Source: an uncultured Verrucomicrobiae bacterium (GTDB lineage Bacteria; Verrucomicrobiota; Verrucomicrobiia; Limisphaerales; JAFGQR01). Taken from it: a stretch of 64,000 nucleotides of DNA. Positions 8,923 to 20,650 of this stretch are shown one piece after another. Every line of letters begins with the position of its first letter. Position 1 is the stretch's first letter. The stretch is taken from the NCBI GenBank assembly GCA_963788655.1, contig CAWBHS010000007.1, positions 1 through 64,000 on the forward strand, in the 5' to 3' direction. The notes under the pieces were generated by a model, which was given only the letters and a program-made list of their open reading frames with translations, did no database searches and was not told the DNA's origin. Both the position numbers and the translations under genes were made by a program.

Positions 8923-10446
8923 TTACTTCGTGAAATTCTCCGCCAGGGCCACGGCTTTGAGCATGGCCTTGGCTTTGTTCACTGTTTCCTGAAACTCGCC
9001 TTCGGAGGTGGAATCGGCAACCCAACCACCGCCCGCCTGCACGTAAGCGTTGCCATCCTTGATCAACGCGGTGCGAATGGTGATACAACAATCGAGGTTG
9101 CCGTTGAATGAAAAATATCCTACGCAGCCGCCATAAGGCCCGCGCGTGGTTTGTTCCAACTCGGAAATAATTTGCATGGCCCGCACTTTGGGCGCACCGG
9201 AAAGGGTGCCCGCCGGAAACGTGGCTCGCATTAGATCATACGGTGTCCGTTGCGCGCTCAAATGGCCTTCGACCTGGGAGACGATGTGCATGACATGGCT
9301 GTAACGCTCGACAATCATCAGGTCCTTCACGATTACCGTGCCGTAATCGCAAACCCGTCCCAGGTCATTGCGGGCCAGGTCCACCAGCATCACGTGTTCG
9401 GCGCGCTCTTTGGGGTCCGCCAGCAGTTCCTTTTCGTTGGCCGTGTCTTCGCTGGGTGTGCCGCCGCGGGGGCGCGTGCCGGCAATGGGGCGGATTTCCA
9501 CCTTGCGATCTTCACAACGGACGTGGATTTCCGGTGATGCGCCGACCAGGGAGAAGCCGTCCAACTCGAACAAAAACATGTAGGGCGACGGATTGATCGT
9601 CCGCGCGCCGCGATAAATATCCAACGGACTGACTTTCACCGGTGTCGAGAACCGCTGCGAGCCCACGACCTGGATGATGTCACCCGCGACGATGTATTCC
9701 TTGGCCTTGGCGACGTTGGCCAGGAACTTGGCTTTCGACAGGTTCGACTCGAAGGGCACGTCCGGCACGTCGGAAGGCACGGTGACCGGCGCCAATTCGA
9801 AGGGCTGGCGCAAGCGTCCGACCAACCGGATGATTTCCGAGACCGCCTGGTCGTAGGCGTCCTCGGCTTGGGCCGGATTTTCCACCAGCGCGTTCACCAG
9901 CACCGTGAGCGTTTGGGCGACACGGTCGAAGATCAGCAGTTTGTCCACGATCAACCAATACATCGTGGGGGTGCCCAGTTCATCGTGCGGTGGGCGGGGC
10001 ACAACCGGTTCGACGTCGTGAATGAATTCGTACCCAAGGAAGCCCACCGCGCCGCCCGTGAACCGCGGCAGTCCGGGCAACGCGACCACCCGATACCGCG
10101 CCAAAACCCGTTCCACTACTTCCAGTCCGTCCCGGATCGTTTCGCCGCCCGCCGATTCGCCGCCGCGAGCAACGGTAAATTCGCCGGTGACTTGGCCGGC
10201 TTCGATTAATTCAACCCGGTCCCCCATTTGCCGGATGACGGCGCGCGGATTGCAGCCCACGAAAGAATACCGGCCGACGTGGTCGCCGCCTTCCACCGAT
10301 TCGAGCAGGAACGACTCACCGGCCCCCCGGATTTTCCGGTAGGCCGACAGCGGCGTTTCGAAATCCGCCAGCAAACTGCGGGTCACCGGGATCAGGTTGC
10401 CTTGGGCGGCCAATTGTTTGAAAGCGGCAAGCGACGGGGAATACAT
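8923..10446 (-). CDS. trpE: Anthranilate synthase component I
   Basis: FLLESVEGG, NPSPYM, PIAGTRPRG, KERAEHVMLVDLARND, GTLSGAPKVRAMQII. Confidence 0.96.
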   Translation of the reverse strand: MYSPSLAAFKQLAAQGNLIPVTRSLLADFETPLSAYRKIRGAGESFLLESVEGGDHVGRYSFVGCNPRAVIRQMGDRVELIEAGQVTGEFTVARGGESAGGETIRDGLEVVERVLARYRVVALPGLPRFTGGAVGFLGYEFIHDVEPVVPRPPHDELGTPTMYWLIVDKLLIFDRVAQTLTVLVNALVENPAQAEDAYDQAVSEIIRLVGRLRQPFELAPVTVPSDVPDVPFESNLSKAKFLANVAKAKEYIVAGDIIQVVGSQRFSTPVKVSPLDIYRGARTINPSPYMFLFELDGFSLVGASPEIHVRCEDRKVEIRPIAGTRPRGGTPSEDTANEKELLADPKERAEHVMLVDLARNDLGRVCDYGTVIVKDLMIVERYSHVMHIVSQVEGHLSAQRTPYDLMRATFPAGTLSGAPKVRAMQIISELEQTTRGPYGGCVGYFSFNGNLDCCITIRTALIKDGNAYVQAGGGWVADSTSEGEFQETVNKAKAMLKAVALAENFTK

Positions 10447-10453
10447 AACGGGT

Positions 10454-11005
10454 TTAGAGTTCGATCAATCCATTTCGACGCTGCCTTCGCCGGCGGTTGC
10501 GCCAAAGGGCGATCATGGTGTAAACCGTGACGGCGAACGCGTAGGTCACAATCCCCATACCAATGCCCAGCGGAACCAATTGATTCATTTCACTGAACAG
10601 GATCAGCGCGGCGCCCACTGCGGCCGTCAGGAACGTCTGTGCCAACAGGCAAAACAGGAATAACGCCGGCTGGGTGGCTTCCAACCGGTCCAGAAACCAA
10701 TCCCGATAGTTTGCTTCGCCGGAACTGCGCATCAGCCAGGCGGATTGAAAATTGCGCGCCGCCACCAGGACACTGGTGGTGGTGATGATAATGGCCGGCA
10801 GCGGCCAGAGGGCAAACGCACCGCAGAGGACGAGGTTCATTAAGATGCCCCAGCGCCAGCCCAGTTTGCGCGCGAGCGGATTGGCCTCGAGCACCAGGTT
10901 GGGTGTGGCGATCCAGGTGCTAAGAAAATCGGACGACCGGGACAACAACAGCAGCAGCAGAAAAATCAGGTATTCGCGGCTGCCGAAGGGAACCAGGGCG
11001 TCCAT
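10454..11005 (-). CDS. Conserved hypothetical membrane protein
   Basis: Multiple TM segments and a D..ST...EANP motif; translationally coupled to hisI. Confidence 0.75.
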   Translation of the reverse strand: MDALVPFGSREYLIFLLLLLLSRSSDFLSTWIATPNLVLEANPLARKLGWRWGILMNLVLCGAFALWPLPAIIITTTSVLVAARNFQSAWLMRSSGEANYRDWFLDRLEATQPALFLFCLLAQTFLTAAVGAALILFSEMNQLVPLGIGMGIVTYAFAVTVYTMIALWRNRRRRQRRNGLIEL

Positions 11006-11394
11006 TATTTTTTCCCGTAAATCTGTTCGGGCGTTTCGAGCTGCGGTTCGGTGACCTTGAACGTTTCCCCGGCGCCTTCCACCGACCGGAAAAAGCAGGA
11101 CCGGTAACCTTCATGACAAGCGGCGCCAATCTGCTCCACCTGGAACAGCAACGTGTCACCGTCACAGTCGAATGAGACATTCCTCACCGTTTGCGTATGA
11201 CCGCTGCTCTCGCCTTTCATCCAGAACTTTTGTCGGGACCGGCTCCAAAAATGGGTTTTGCCGGTCGCCAACGTTTTCTCGAGCGACGCTTGGTTCATCC
11301 ACGCCATCATCAGCACCCGGCCGGTGGCGTGGTCTTGTACAATGGCCGGGATCAGGCCATCCGCATTGTATTTCAATTGGTCGTAAAAGCTCAC
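11005..11394 (-). CDS. hisI: Phosphoribosyl-AMP cyclohydrolase
   Basis: [43 protein letters not shown] start inferred. Confidence 0.96.
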   Translation of the reverse strand: MSFYDQLKYNADGLIPAIVQDHATGRVLMMAWMNQASLEKTLATGKTHFWSRSRQKFWMKGESSGHTQTVRNVSFDCDGDTLLFQVEQIGAACHEGYRSCFFRSVEGAGETFKVTEPQLETPEQIYGKK

Positions 11395-11770
11395 TAAGCC
11401 ACGGATTCTAAGCGGTGCGCCGCGGAATGCAAGCCGCGCCCCACCCGAGTTAAGACTTGCGACTGAAGTGAGGCTCTTTCGGAGCCACGCAGAAACGCGG
11501 CACAAAGTTAGCGTGAAGTGGAAACGTCCATTTGCTTCGCCTTCTTCAACTCCCAGTCACCAGTAACAGATTTGCCGTAGCCTGGACGATGCGATCGGCT
11601 CGCCTCGCGGCGTTTACGGTCCGTCGGAGTTAGATTCCTTCCGCTGAGGTGGATCGACTTTTCGCAGGCTTGGCGCCGGTTTTGAAACTCGCCGCAGGAT
11701 CTCGCCCAATTTTAAAACAGGCGCTTAGGGCGCAGCACGGCAAGGAGACTCACTGGGCTCCAACACGCTA

Positions 11771-13156
11771 TCAGACGCCAATCAACTGTTGCAGGCTGCC
11801 GCCGATGCGGGTATTCCATTCCTTGATCGCGGCCGGATCGCGGCCTTCGATCAGCAGACGCGCCTTGGGTTCAGTGCCGGAATACCGCAGCAAGACCCGC
11901 CCCCCGTCCGGTTTGAGTTGGGCCTCGGCTTCCGCCACCAGGCTCATGACGCCATCCAGTTCTTCGAACGGCATCTTCTCGCGCACTTTGATGTTGGTGA
12001 CGATTTGCGGCAAACGGGTCCAGCACTGGGTCAGTTGGGAGAGCGGTTGGCCCTTGGCTTTCATGATGCGCAGCATTTGCAGCGCGGCCACCAGGCCGTC
12101 GCCGGTCGTGCAATGGTCGCCGAAGATCACGTGCCCGCTTTGTTCGCCGCCGAAGTTGTAGCCGTGGCGCAACATTTCATCGATGACGTTCTTGTCGCCC
12201 ACCGGCGTGCGGACCACCTGGCCGCCGGCCTGTTGAATGGCGACCTCAAGCCCGGCGTTGCTCATCACGGTAGCCACGAGGGTTTTCTCGGCGAGGCCGC
12301 CGTGCGCCAGCAAATCCAGGCCGGCGATCGCCATGATGTCGTCGCCGTCGATCAGGTTGCCTTGTTCGTCGCACAGGAGGACGCGGTCGGCGTCGCCGTC
12401 GTGCGCGATGCCGATGTCGGCCCGCATTTCCCGGACCTTGTCGCACACGAACTGGGGGTGCATGCGAACCGCATTCCTTGTTGATGTTCTTGCCGTCGGG
12501 TTGGTTGCCATAGACGATGACCTCCGCGCCCAGTTCGCGCAGGACGCAGGGGGTGGATTTGTAGGCCGCGCCGTGCGCGCAATCCACCACGATCCGCAGC
12601 CCCTTCGAGCGTCATGCCGCGCGGGAAGCCGGATTTGGCGAACTCGATGTAGCGGCCCAGCGCGTCGTCAATGCGAACCGCCTTGCCGATTTCACTGGCG
12701 GTGGGCCGGATGTTTTCGATCTCGCCGCTGAACACCAGATTCTTCGATTTCCTTCTCGATCTTGTCGTCGAGCTTGTAGCCGTCGGCGCGGAAGAACTTG
12801 ATGCCGTTGTCGTCGTAGGGATTGTGCGAGGCGGTGATGACGATGCCGGCGTCGGCGCGCAGGCTGCGCGTGACGTAAGCCACGCCCGGGGTTGGCAGCG
12901 GTCCGATGAACAGCACATCCACGCCCATGGACAGAATGCCGGAGGAGATGGCGTTTTCGAGCATGTAACCGGACAAGCGGGTGTCTTTGCCCAGCACGAT
13001 CTTGTGTTTGCCGCGGCCGCGGGGCTGGGATTCGAGGTTCTTGAATACATGCGCGGCCGCGCGGCCAAGTTTCAGCGCGGTTTCGGCGGTCACGGGCTCG
13101 ATGTTGGCCGTGCCGCGGACGCCGTCGGTGCCAAAGATTTTCTGGTTCGGGGGCAT
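11771..13156 (-). CDS. glmM: Phosphoglucosamine mutase; three +1 frameshifts near 12745, 12600 and 12468, probably assembly errors
   Basis: [37 protein letters not shown] and RYSGTEP across four overlapping ORFs. Confidence 0.96.
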
Positions 13157-13190
13157 AGGATTGAGGCGCGCGGATTGGGAGCGCAAAGTT

Positions 13191-13604
13191 CTATTCGGGA
13201 GCTTTCACCTTGGGCTTCACGCTGACCTGCGCCGGGTTCATCTCGATCAAGCGGACCGAGGGCGGGAGTTTAACTTCCGGGGCCAACGATTCCTCGGTTT
13301 TGAGATTGGCGGGGATCCTGATGAACACCGCCACGTTGGGAACGTCCAGTTCGCTCAGGACGCTCGGGCTGCCGGCCAGTTTCACCGCCACTTCCGCCGG
13401 CGTAATCAGATAGGTCCTTTCGGCGGCGGGCGGCTCCAGCACCGCCACCGGACAAGTCAGATCCAAGGTGGCTTCTTCACCGAAAGGAGTGGCCGATAGC
13501 CGGGCGTTGTGGGACAGGTTGGACTCGATGGCAAACCACAGCAACGTCGCCAGGATCAGCGACAGAATCTTAAGGGCAAAATTGCTCTGGAACAGGTCGC
13601 GCAT
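13191..13604 (-). CDS. CdaR/YbbR-like single-domain membrane protein
   Basis: [16 protein letters not shown] anchor plus a beta-rich domain, between cdaA and glmM. Confidence 0.8.
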   Translation of the reverse strand: MRDLFQSNFALKILSLILATLLWFAIESNLSHNARLSATPFGEEATLDLTCPVAVLEPPAAERTYLITPAEVAVKLAGSPSVLSELDVPNVAVFIRIPANLKTEESLAPEVKLPPSVRLIEMNPAQVSVKPKVKAPE

Positions 13605-13607
13605 GGT

Positions 13608-14471
13608 CTAGGTGGAGTCCGGTTTAGCGGTGGCTTCGGTTTTCGACACCACGGCGGGACCTGGCTTGGGAGCGTTGCCGGAAAAGGAACGCACCCATTC
13701 GGCAATCGTCCGGGAGGTGCTGGGTTTGAGCAGAACGGAGGTAAGGATGGAGCGCAGTTTTTCCAGGCTCACTCCGCGGACCAGTTGCCCTTTGTACGCG
13801 TAGGAGATGGCCCCGGTTTCTTCGGAAACGACCACGATGATGCCGTCGGTTTCCTCGCTCAGGCCAATCGCCGCGCGGTGTCGGGTGCCCAGGGTCTTGC
13901 TCAAGTCTTGTCGGCGCGACAAGGGAAAAATGCAGGCAGCGTGCGTAATCCGGTCGCCCTTGATGAGCACGCCACCGTCGTGGATGGCGTTGTTCGGGAA
14001 AAAGATGGTCTCGATCATTTCCGGCGTGGCCACACAATCGATGGAGATGCCCGACTCGACGGCTTCCTGGAGGGGATTGTTTTGCTCGATGGCAATCAAG
14101 GCGCCGATCGACACGTCAGCCAACCGCTCGGCGCTTTGGATGATGACTTCGATGTTTTCGCGTTGCTCGTGCGCCGTCTGGTAAAATGGCAGGTTGCCCA
14201 GTTGGGCCAGGAGGCGGCGGAGTTCCGGTTGGAAGATCACCAGCACCGCCAGCGGAAAGAAGAACGTGGAAAAGGTGCCCAGCAAAGCGGTCAATACCGG
14301 CAGTTCCAACAGCGTGCTGAACAACGCCAAGCCCAGCAACAACAGCACAAAGCCGGTGAGCACCGAAAAGCCCCGGGTGCCTCGCACCAGTTTGAGCGAG
14401 TAATAAATGGCGACCGCGAGGATGAGGATCTCCACCACGGGCCGCCAGATTGTTCCCAAAATATCGACCAT
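13608..14471 (-). CDS. cdaA: Diadenylate cyclase CdaA
   Basis: Three TM helices, VIFQPELRR, HDGG and GTRHRAAIGLSEETD motifs; ATG at 14471 inferred. Confidence 0.94.
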   Translation of the reverse strand: MVDILGTIWRPVVEILILAVAIYYSLKLVRGTRGFSVLTGFVLLLLGLALFSTLLELPVLTALLGTFSTFFFPLAVLVIFQPELRRLLAQLGNLPFYQTAHEQRENIEVIIQSAERLADVSIGALIAIEQNNPLQEAVESGISIDCVATPEMIETIFFPNNAIHDGGVLIKGDRITHAACIFPLSRRQDLSKTLGTRHRAAIGLSEETDGIIVVVSEETGAISYAYKGQLVRGVSLEKLRSILTSVLLKPSTSRTIAEWVRSFSGNAPKPGPAVVSKTEATAKPDST

Positions 14472-14740
14472 CGGGTAAAAACTAGTTTTGGGGCCACGGA
14501 CAATTCCGGGCATCTCAGCGCCTGAATGCCAACCACCGTCGGAAGTTCTGCCGACGGATGGCACGGCGCCCGAACCACCTGCAGCCAGAATTTCCCGCCC
14601 ACCGCGCCCCCGCTGGAACCTCTGTTCCGATAGGCGCTCAAGCCGCCCGTTCCGTTCACTCCCGGACCTGATCGGCTGAGGTCCAAAGGCGAGGAAACGA
14701 CCGGCCTGACCGAACACCGCCGCCACCGCAATGCTCATTG

Positions 14741-15619
14741 CTACTCCCGGCGGCCCAGCCCCGTCGTCCGCGCCGCGTTTCCGGCGGAGGCGACAATCGC
14801 TTCGATCATTCGCAGAGCCTGCCGCGTCGCCACCACATCGTGGGTCCGCACAATGTCCGCGCCGGCGGTGGCTCCCCAACAAGCGCAGGCCAGCGAACCG
14901 GGCTCGCGGCTCATCGGGTTGGGTTCGCCCGTCACGTTGCCAATGAACGATTTGCGCGATACTCCCAAGAGCAAAGGACGCTGCTCTTTTTTAAACTGTT
15001 CTAACCGGGCTAGCAACAGCAAATTATGTTCTTTCGTCTTTCCAAATCCAAAACCCACGTCCAACACCACCTGTTCGGGCGCCACGCCATGCGTTCGCAA
15101 CCGGCCGAGCCGGTCGTTGAAGAACGCACCGATGTCAGCCACCACATCCTGGTAAGTCGGATTTTGATGCATGGTTTGGGGGGTGCCCAGCATGTGCATG
15201 AGCACGTAACCAGCTCCGGTTTCAGCCACAAGTTGCCACATCTCGGTTCCGGACTGGCTGGCCCCCACGTCGTTTACGATACTGGCCCCGGCCGCCAACG
15301 CGGCCCGGGCCACGCCCGGCTTCATGGTGTCAATCGACAGTGGCACCTCGGCGCGGCCCGCCAGCGCCTCGAACACCGGCATCACCCGGCGTAGTTCTTC
15401 GGCCTCACTGACCGGCACCGCTTGCGGGCGCGTCGATTCCCCGCCAATATCCAAAATGTCGGCCCCCTGCTGGATCAATTCCCGGGCGTGCCCCACCGCC
15501 GCCTCGGGCTCGTAGAAGTGGCCGCCGTCGGAAAAGGAATCCGGCGTCACGTTCACAATGCCCATGACCAGCGCCGGCCGGGGGAATACAAACTTGAACT
15601 GGCGGGCACGAAAAATCAT
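14741..15619 (-). CDS. folP: Dihydropteroate synthase
   Basis: MGIVNVTPDSFSDGG, DIGGESTRP, GVSRKSFI, IVRTHDV. Confidence 0.97.
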   Translation of the reverse strand: MIFRARQFKFVFPRPALVMGIVNVTPDSFSDGGHFYEPEAAVGHARELIQQGADILDIGGESTRPQAVPVSEAEELRRVMPVFEALAGRAEVPLSIDTMKPGVARAALAAGASIVNDVGASQSGTEMWQLVAETGAGYVLMHMLGTPQTMHQNPTYQDVVADIGAFFNDRLGRLRTHGVAPEQVVLDVGFGFGKTKEHNLLLLARLEQFKKEQRPLLLGVSRKSFIGNVTGEPNPMSREPGSLACACWGATAGADIVRTHDVVATRQALRMIEAIVASAGNAARTTGLGRRE

Positions 15620-15835
15620 AACTCGGTCACGCCGGAGGTTTCGGTAAACTGCCACGAAAGGGAGTCGGCCTCAGGCTGCCCTTGCCTTCCGTGCGGCTGC
15701 CGCCCTTGGCAATGTTGGATAACTGTCCGTGTCATCATCGGTCGGTTCTAGCGTAGCATTTCACGCACCGCTTCCGCCAGTCGCGAAAGGACAGAAGTGA
15801 TGAATTCCGGTGTCCGAAATCCGCAAGAACTTGGT

Positions 15836-16144
15836 TCACCGTTGTCTAAATCCGCAGCCCCCTAAAATCTGCTGGCATCCGGCATCCGGCATCCGGCATC
15901 CGATCCTTATCAGGCTTCCAATCCTTTCCACCTTTTCCAAACCAACCAGCTTATTGTGGTCATCGCAGGTCAGCACAAAGGCGCCGTTGACGCCCTGGTG
16001 CGTGACGTATTGCTGCAATAGCGACGCGGGGAACTGGACCGTCAGACCCTCTTGGGAGCGAACGATCACCGCCCGGGCCACGCCCCGGTAATAATCCAGG
16101 TAGCGCGCGGACGAAATGTTCAATTGAAAATGGAAGCGCTTCAC
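15836..16144 (-). CDS. DUF2835-like small protein; C-terminus runs into a heptamer repeat
   Basis: F.LNIS...YL.YY.G.A..V.V....G..VQFPA..L..YVT..GV.G.F pattern. Confidence 0.75.
   Translation of the reverse strand: MKRFHFQLNISSARYLDYYRGVARAVIVRSQEGLTVQFPASLLQQYVTHQGVNGAFVLTCDDHNKLVGLEKVERIGSLIRIGCRMPDAGCQQILGGCGFRQR
15874..15901. repeat. (GGCATCC)4 heptamer tandem repeat
   Basis: Direct reading; reverse complement of the array at 35409-35534. Confidence 0.9.
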
Positions 16145-16164
16145 CGGCTTCAAGCGTCCGAGCT

Positions 16165-19100
16165 TTAATCTTCCGAGAACAAGTATTCCAGATCGGTGTG
16201 CGACAGACTGCGCGCGAAACCTTCTTCGCCCAAAACGTCGGCGATGGTCTGGGCTTTGCGTTGCTGGAGATCGTAGATTTTTTCCTCGACCGTGCCGGGG
16301 GCAATCAGCCGGTAGGCGTTCACCGTGCGGGTTTGGCCGATGCGATGGGAGCGGTCAATGGCTTGCGCCTCCACGGCCGGGTTCCACCAGGGATCATAGA
16401 GGACGACATAACTGGCGGTGGTCAGGTTGAGGCCGGTGCCGGCGGCGCGCAGGCTGAGCAGGAACACGGCGGCGTTCGGATCATCCTGGAAGGTCTGACC
16501 ACAAGTTGCCGGTCCTTGGTTTCGCCGGTCAGGATGTGGGTGGGGATCTGGCGCTTGAGACATTCGCCTTCCAGCAACTTGAGCATCTGTACGAATTGGC
16601 TGAACAAAAGCACCTTTTGCCCTTCGGCCAACAGTGGTTCCAGCAACTCGAACAAGGTATCCGTTTTGCCCGACGCCGAATCGTTGCCGACCAAGCTCGG
16701 ATGGCAGCAAATCTGGCGCAACCGGGTGAGCGCGGCCAGGACGTGCATCTTGCTTTTGGCCAAACCCTTTTCCGCGACCGCCTTGAGCACCTGATCGCGG
16801 CTGCGGCGCAATTCGGCCAGATACAGTTTGCGCTGTTCTTCGCCCAGTTCGCAGTCGCGGCGTTCCTCGATGCGATCGGGCAAATCTTTGGCGACCTGTT
16901 TCTTGAGCCGGCGGATCAACAGCGGCCGCAATTTGGCGGACAGCCGGCGCCGGGCGATGCGCTGCACGGTGGCGGTGTCGTCGCCTTCGCTTTTCGGCTC
17001 GTAGGTTTGGAGGAAATGGTCTTGCGAGCCCAGATAGCCGGGCTGGATGAAATCCGTGATGCTCCACAAATCGAGCAGCCGATTTTCCAAGGGCGTGCCG
17101 GTCAGGGCCAGACGCTGGGTGGCCTTGAGTTTTTTCACCGAGACGCGTGACCTGGGCCCCCGGGTTTTTGATGAACTGCGCCTCGTCCAGGATGATGGCA
17201 GCGAAGTTGAAATTTCCCTTTTCCAACTCCTCCCAGATCGCGCCGAAGCAGCGCGTAGTTCGTGACGATGATGTCGTTTTGCGGAATCTGTTTGCGCAGC
17301 CGGTGCCGGGCGGCGCCGCTTTCCAACAGGAGCACCTTGAGATGCGGGGTGAACCGTTCGGATTCCCGCCGCCAGTTGTGCAACACCGAGGCCGGGCATA
17401 TCACCAACGTCGGCTTGCGGGAACGCCGGTTCCGTTCGTTAAGCCAGGCAATCCAGGCGAGGGTTTGGAGGGTCTTGCCCAACCCCATGTCGTCCGCCAG
17501 AATGCCCCCCAGCTTCATGCGCGTCAGGTGGCATAGAAAATGGAAACCCTCTTTCTGGTACGGCCGCATTTCCGCATTGACGGTGGCCGGCAATTGGACT
17601 TCCGGAATGCCCTGGAAATGTTCGAGTTTCCGGCGTAGCGATTGGATTTCGGGATTGTCAATGAACCGCTGAAACGAATCGTCGCTCAGGGCCGCGGCTT
17701 GCTCCATGCCAATACGAATCGGGCTGGCGTTCAATCCATCGACGCCCAAGTCGGCCATGGTTTCCTGGGCTTTTTCCACCGACGGCGTGTCCAATTCCAC
17801 CCAGCCCGCATTGGGCAGCTTGACGAAACGAGTGGTGGCCGACCGCAGCCGTTCCAAGTCCGCCTTGGTCAGTTTCAAGCCCTCCTGCTCCCACTCGGCG
17901 GACACGCTCAACCAGTCAATGCCGCTGCCTTTGACCACCAGCTTCGGACGCAACCGCCGCGGCGCCAGGAAGAGCCGCTGGAAGGAAGGATTGCCCAAGT
18001 AATCGGCGTCTTCGGGTTTGCTGGGCCAGGCCATGGCCAACGTGTTGAGAAAATTCTCGCTGGCGTCACCCACCCACAAGCCGAGTTCCGGGGTGAACCA
18101 GTCCAGCAGCCGCAACCATTTCACCGCGGCATCCAGGCGCGGGTCTTCCAGTACTTCGGGCTTGTCGCCGGCGGCTTTGGTGGGCCGATCCGGTTGCCAT
18201 TCCTGTCCGGTCCAATGCCACTCGGTACCATTGTCCACGGCGATCGCCGTGAGCCGCAGTTCCACGGTGTCCTTGGTCTGGTTGAGCTCGAACACAAAAC
18301 GCGGCCGGGCTTGGCGCGCAATGCACAACTCGTCCCAATCCACGTTCGAGCCGGCCTGCGATTTGCGCAGGTGGGTGCGCAGCCGATGGCTGAGGCGTTG
18401 CACCGGTAACGAGGGATTCTCCATCCAATACTCCAGCAGCGAGGGCGGCGGCACGTTGCGCAACAGATAAAACGTGTGGTCCAGCAGCACCAGCGCCGGC
18501 AGGCCGGCAAAGAAATGCGCTTCCCGCAGCGACTTCATTTCTCCGGTGGGCAGGGAAAGCCGGTGGGTAAACACCAATTCACCTGCTTGGTGATCCAGGT
18601 GGGGCGTGAGCGCCAGCACTTCCCCCTGGAACTGAAGCTGTGTGCCCGCCCGTTCCAAGCGCGACTCGCGGCCCCAGCGGCCCAGCCACTGGAGCAATCC
18701 GGCGCCGGACAACCGGAACGCGTCGTCGGATCGAGCGGCGTTCTTGAAAGTAGTCGCCAGCCACTCGATGAACCGCCAATCCTCCGGCGCAAACAACTTT
18801 TGATTCCGGGACGGGCGGCGGGCCAGGTCAATGATCTGCCGGAGCGAACGATCCCGTTGGCCGGTCCGCTCCTGGCCAATACCAAAACGGACGTGGATTT
18901 CGCTCAGGGACGGATGTTCACCGGAAGGTTGAATCTCCGAAAGCACGCACAAAGACGAAGCCGGTTCGGCGACCGGCGGTTCGGCGGGCAATAGCCAATC
19001 TTCCAGCGCGCGGACCACCTGGTCCCAAGAGTGGCTGGCCGCTTCCTGCATGAGCGACGACGAGCCGTCCACCGCGCGCAGAACCGGCTCTTCACCGGCG

Positions 19101-20212
19101 GTCCAATCCAGGTGCGAACCGGATTTGTTTTTGTGCAGTTCGACCTGAAGGCGAGGGCTCAGCCGGCGAACGGGGAACCAGCGCTTTTGCGACCAGTATT
19201 CGACCACGGCCGCCGGCGGAGCGTTGTTGACGACGTAAAACGTTCCGTCCAGCAACGCCAGCACCGGACAGCCACCAAACAACTTGGCCTGATGAACCGG
19301 GTGGACCTGGCCATCGGGCAACATCAAACGGTGGGAAAAGGACACTTCCATATCCCCGTTTTCCAGGTGCGGCGCCAGGGATAAAATCTGGCCGTCGAAT
19401 GCCAGCGGTTTTCCTCCATACTCGAGCCGCGGCTGGTGCCCCCACTGCGCCAACCATTGGAGCAATTCGCAGCCGGTTAGCGCCCGCGCTTGGCAACCCG
19501 GTTCCGGTTCGGGATAGGTTTCCGACACCCAGCGCATGAATTCCCAGTCCTCGGGAGAAAACAACTCCTGCTCGTGCGCGGCGCGGCGGATCAAATCCAC
19601 GATTTCTGTCCAGGGCCGAATCTTCTCGCCGCTGCGGGGCCGGTAAAGATTCAAGCGGACGACCAGCGCATGCAACCCGGGATGTGCGGGATCGGGGCGG
19701 ACATCGCACAGCACCCGCAACGAGGCCCGCGGGGCATCCAAGTGGGGTGGCGCCGGAGGAAACAGCCAGTCCTCCATTTCCACGAGGGCCTGTTGTTCTT
19801 GCTCGGCTTGCGTGATTTCGGCAAAGCGCTGGGCGCTGGCGTAGGCCGTCAGCTCGGACGGCAAGGGGCGGTTGGCCCGCAAAAACAAGATGGCCAGTTC
19901 TTCCAACCGGGCGATCCCGGTGGCAGCCAACATGCGGGGCCACCAATCCGCGGCCGAAAAATCGCGCCGCGACAACGACAATTTCTCGAAATAATCCTCC
20001 AGCAGCAGCCAGGACCGCTGCGAATCGGTGCAGGTGGAAAAAAGGCGCAGGATTTCGTCGCGCTCCGCCACGAGGCTTTTCGAGTCGGCGAGTTCGCGAC
20101 GCAGATCGGCCAACGCACCATAGGTCTGATTGAGCACCGTATGGTGCGCATCATATTTGGTTGCGTTTGCCAAGCGGCTTGAACGTTTGGTTTTTTTAGG
20201 CGGTCTTGCCAT
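16165..20212 (-). CDS. SNF2-family helicase with duplicated N-terminal domain; three frameshifts near 17235, 17150 and 16497
   Basis: [65 protein letters not shown]. Confidence 0.93.
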
Positions 20213-20650
20213 TCTGTGGCCTTCAACCGGCCGATGCCGGCGTGGAAAGTAGGCTCATCATCTCGCCATAAACCAACGGTTTTGGTCAACGAGAAAGAAA
20301 AAGATTTTTTGGTGGTCCAACCGGTGATCCTCTGGCGGGCGAGCGCCTCAAAAAATTCGCCTGCCTTCAACCATGAAATACGGTTGTCGTCCAGGCGTCG
20401 GAAATACTTGGCAGCGGCCTATGGTGATCAACGCCGCCGGCTCTGACCCCGATCCGCACGACGGAGAACGGAAGATCACTCTCGGCCGCATGCCACGGTT
20501 GAGTTTGCCGTGATGGGCGGCTCGGGCAAGCTTCTGCCTCCAGGGGTGATTTCACCGTCGCCGGAGACTTGGTGGCCAACTCGTTATTATCACTCCGGCG
20601 CAAAAAGCCTTTGTCAAAGCTATCACACCGATTCATTATGGGGCTGATCC

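Noticed and set aside
11672..11725. Short inverted repeat ggcgccggttttgaaa..ttttaaaacaggcgct as a MITE
   Set aside because: Single degenerate copy with no clear target duplication; could be a terminator-like hairpin.
14472..14740. c-di-AMP or other riboswitch upstream of cdaA, or a long CdaA N-terminal extension
   Set aside because: GC hairpins are present but I see no ydaO-type consensus, and the extension is low-complexity. An Rfam scan would be needed.
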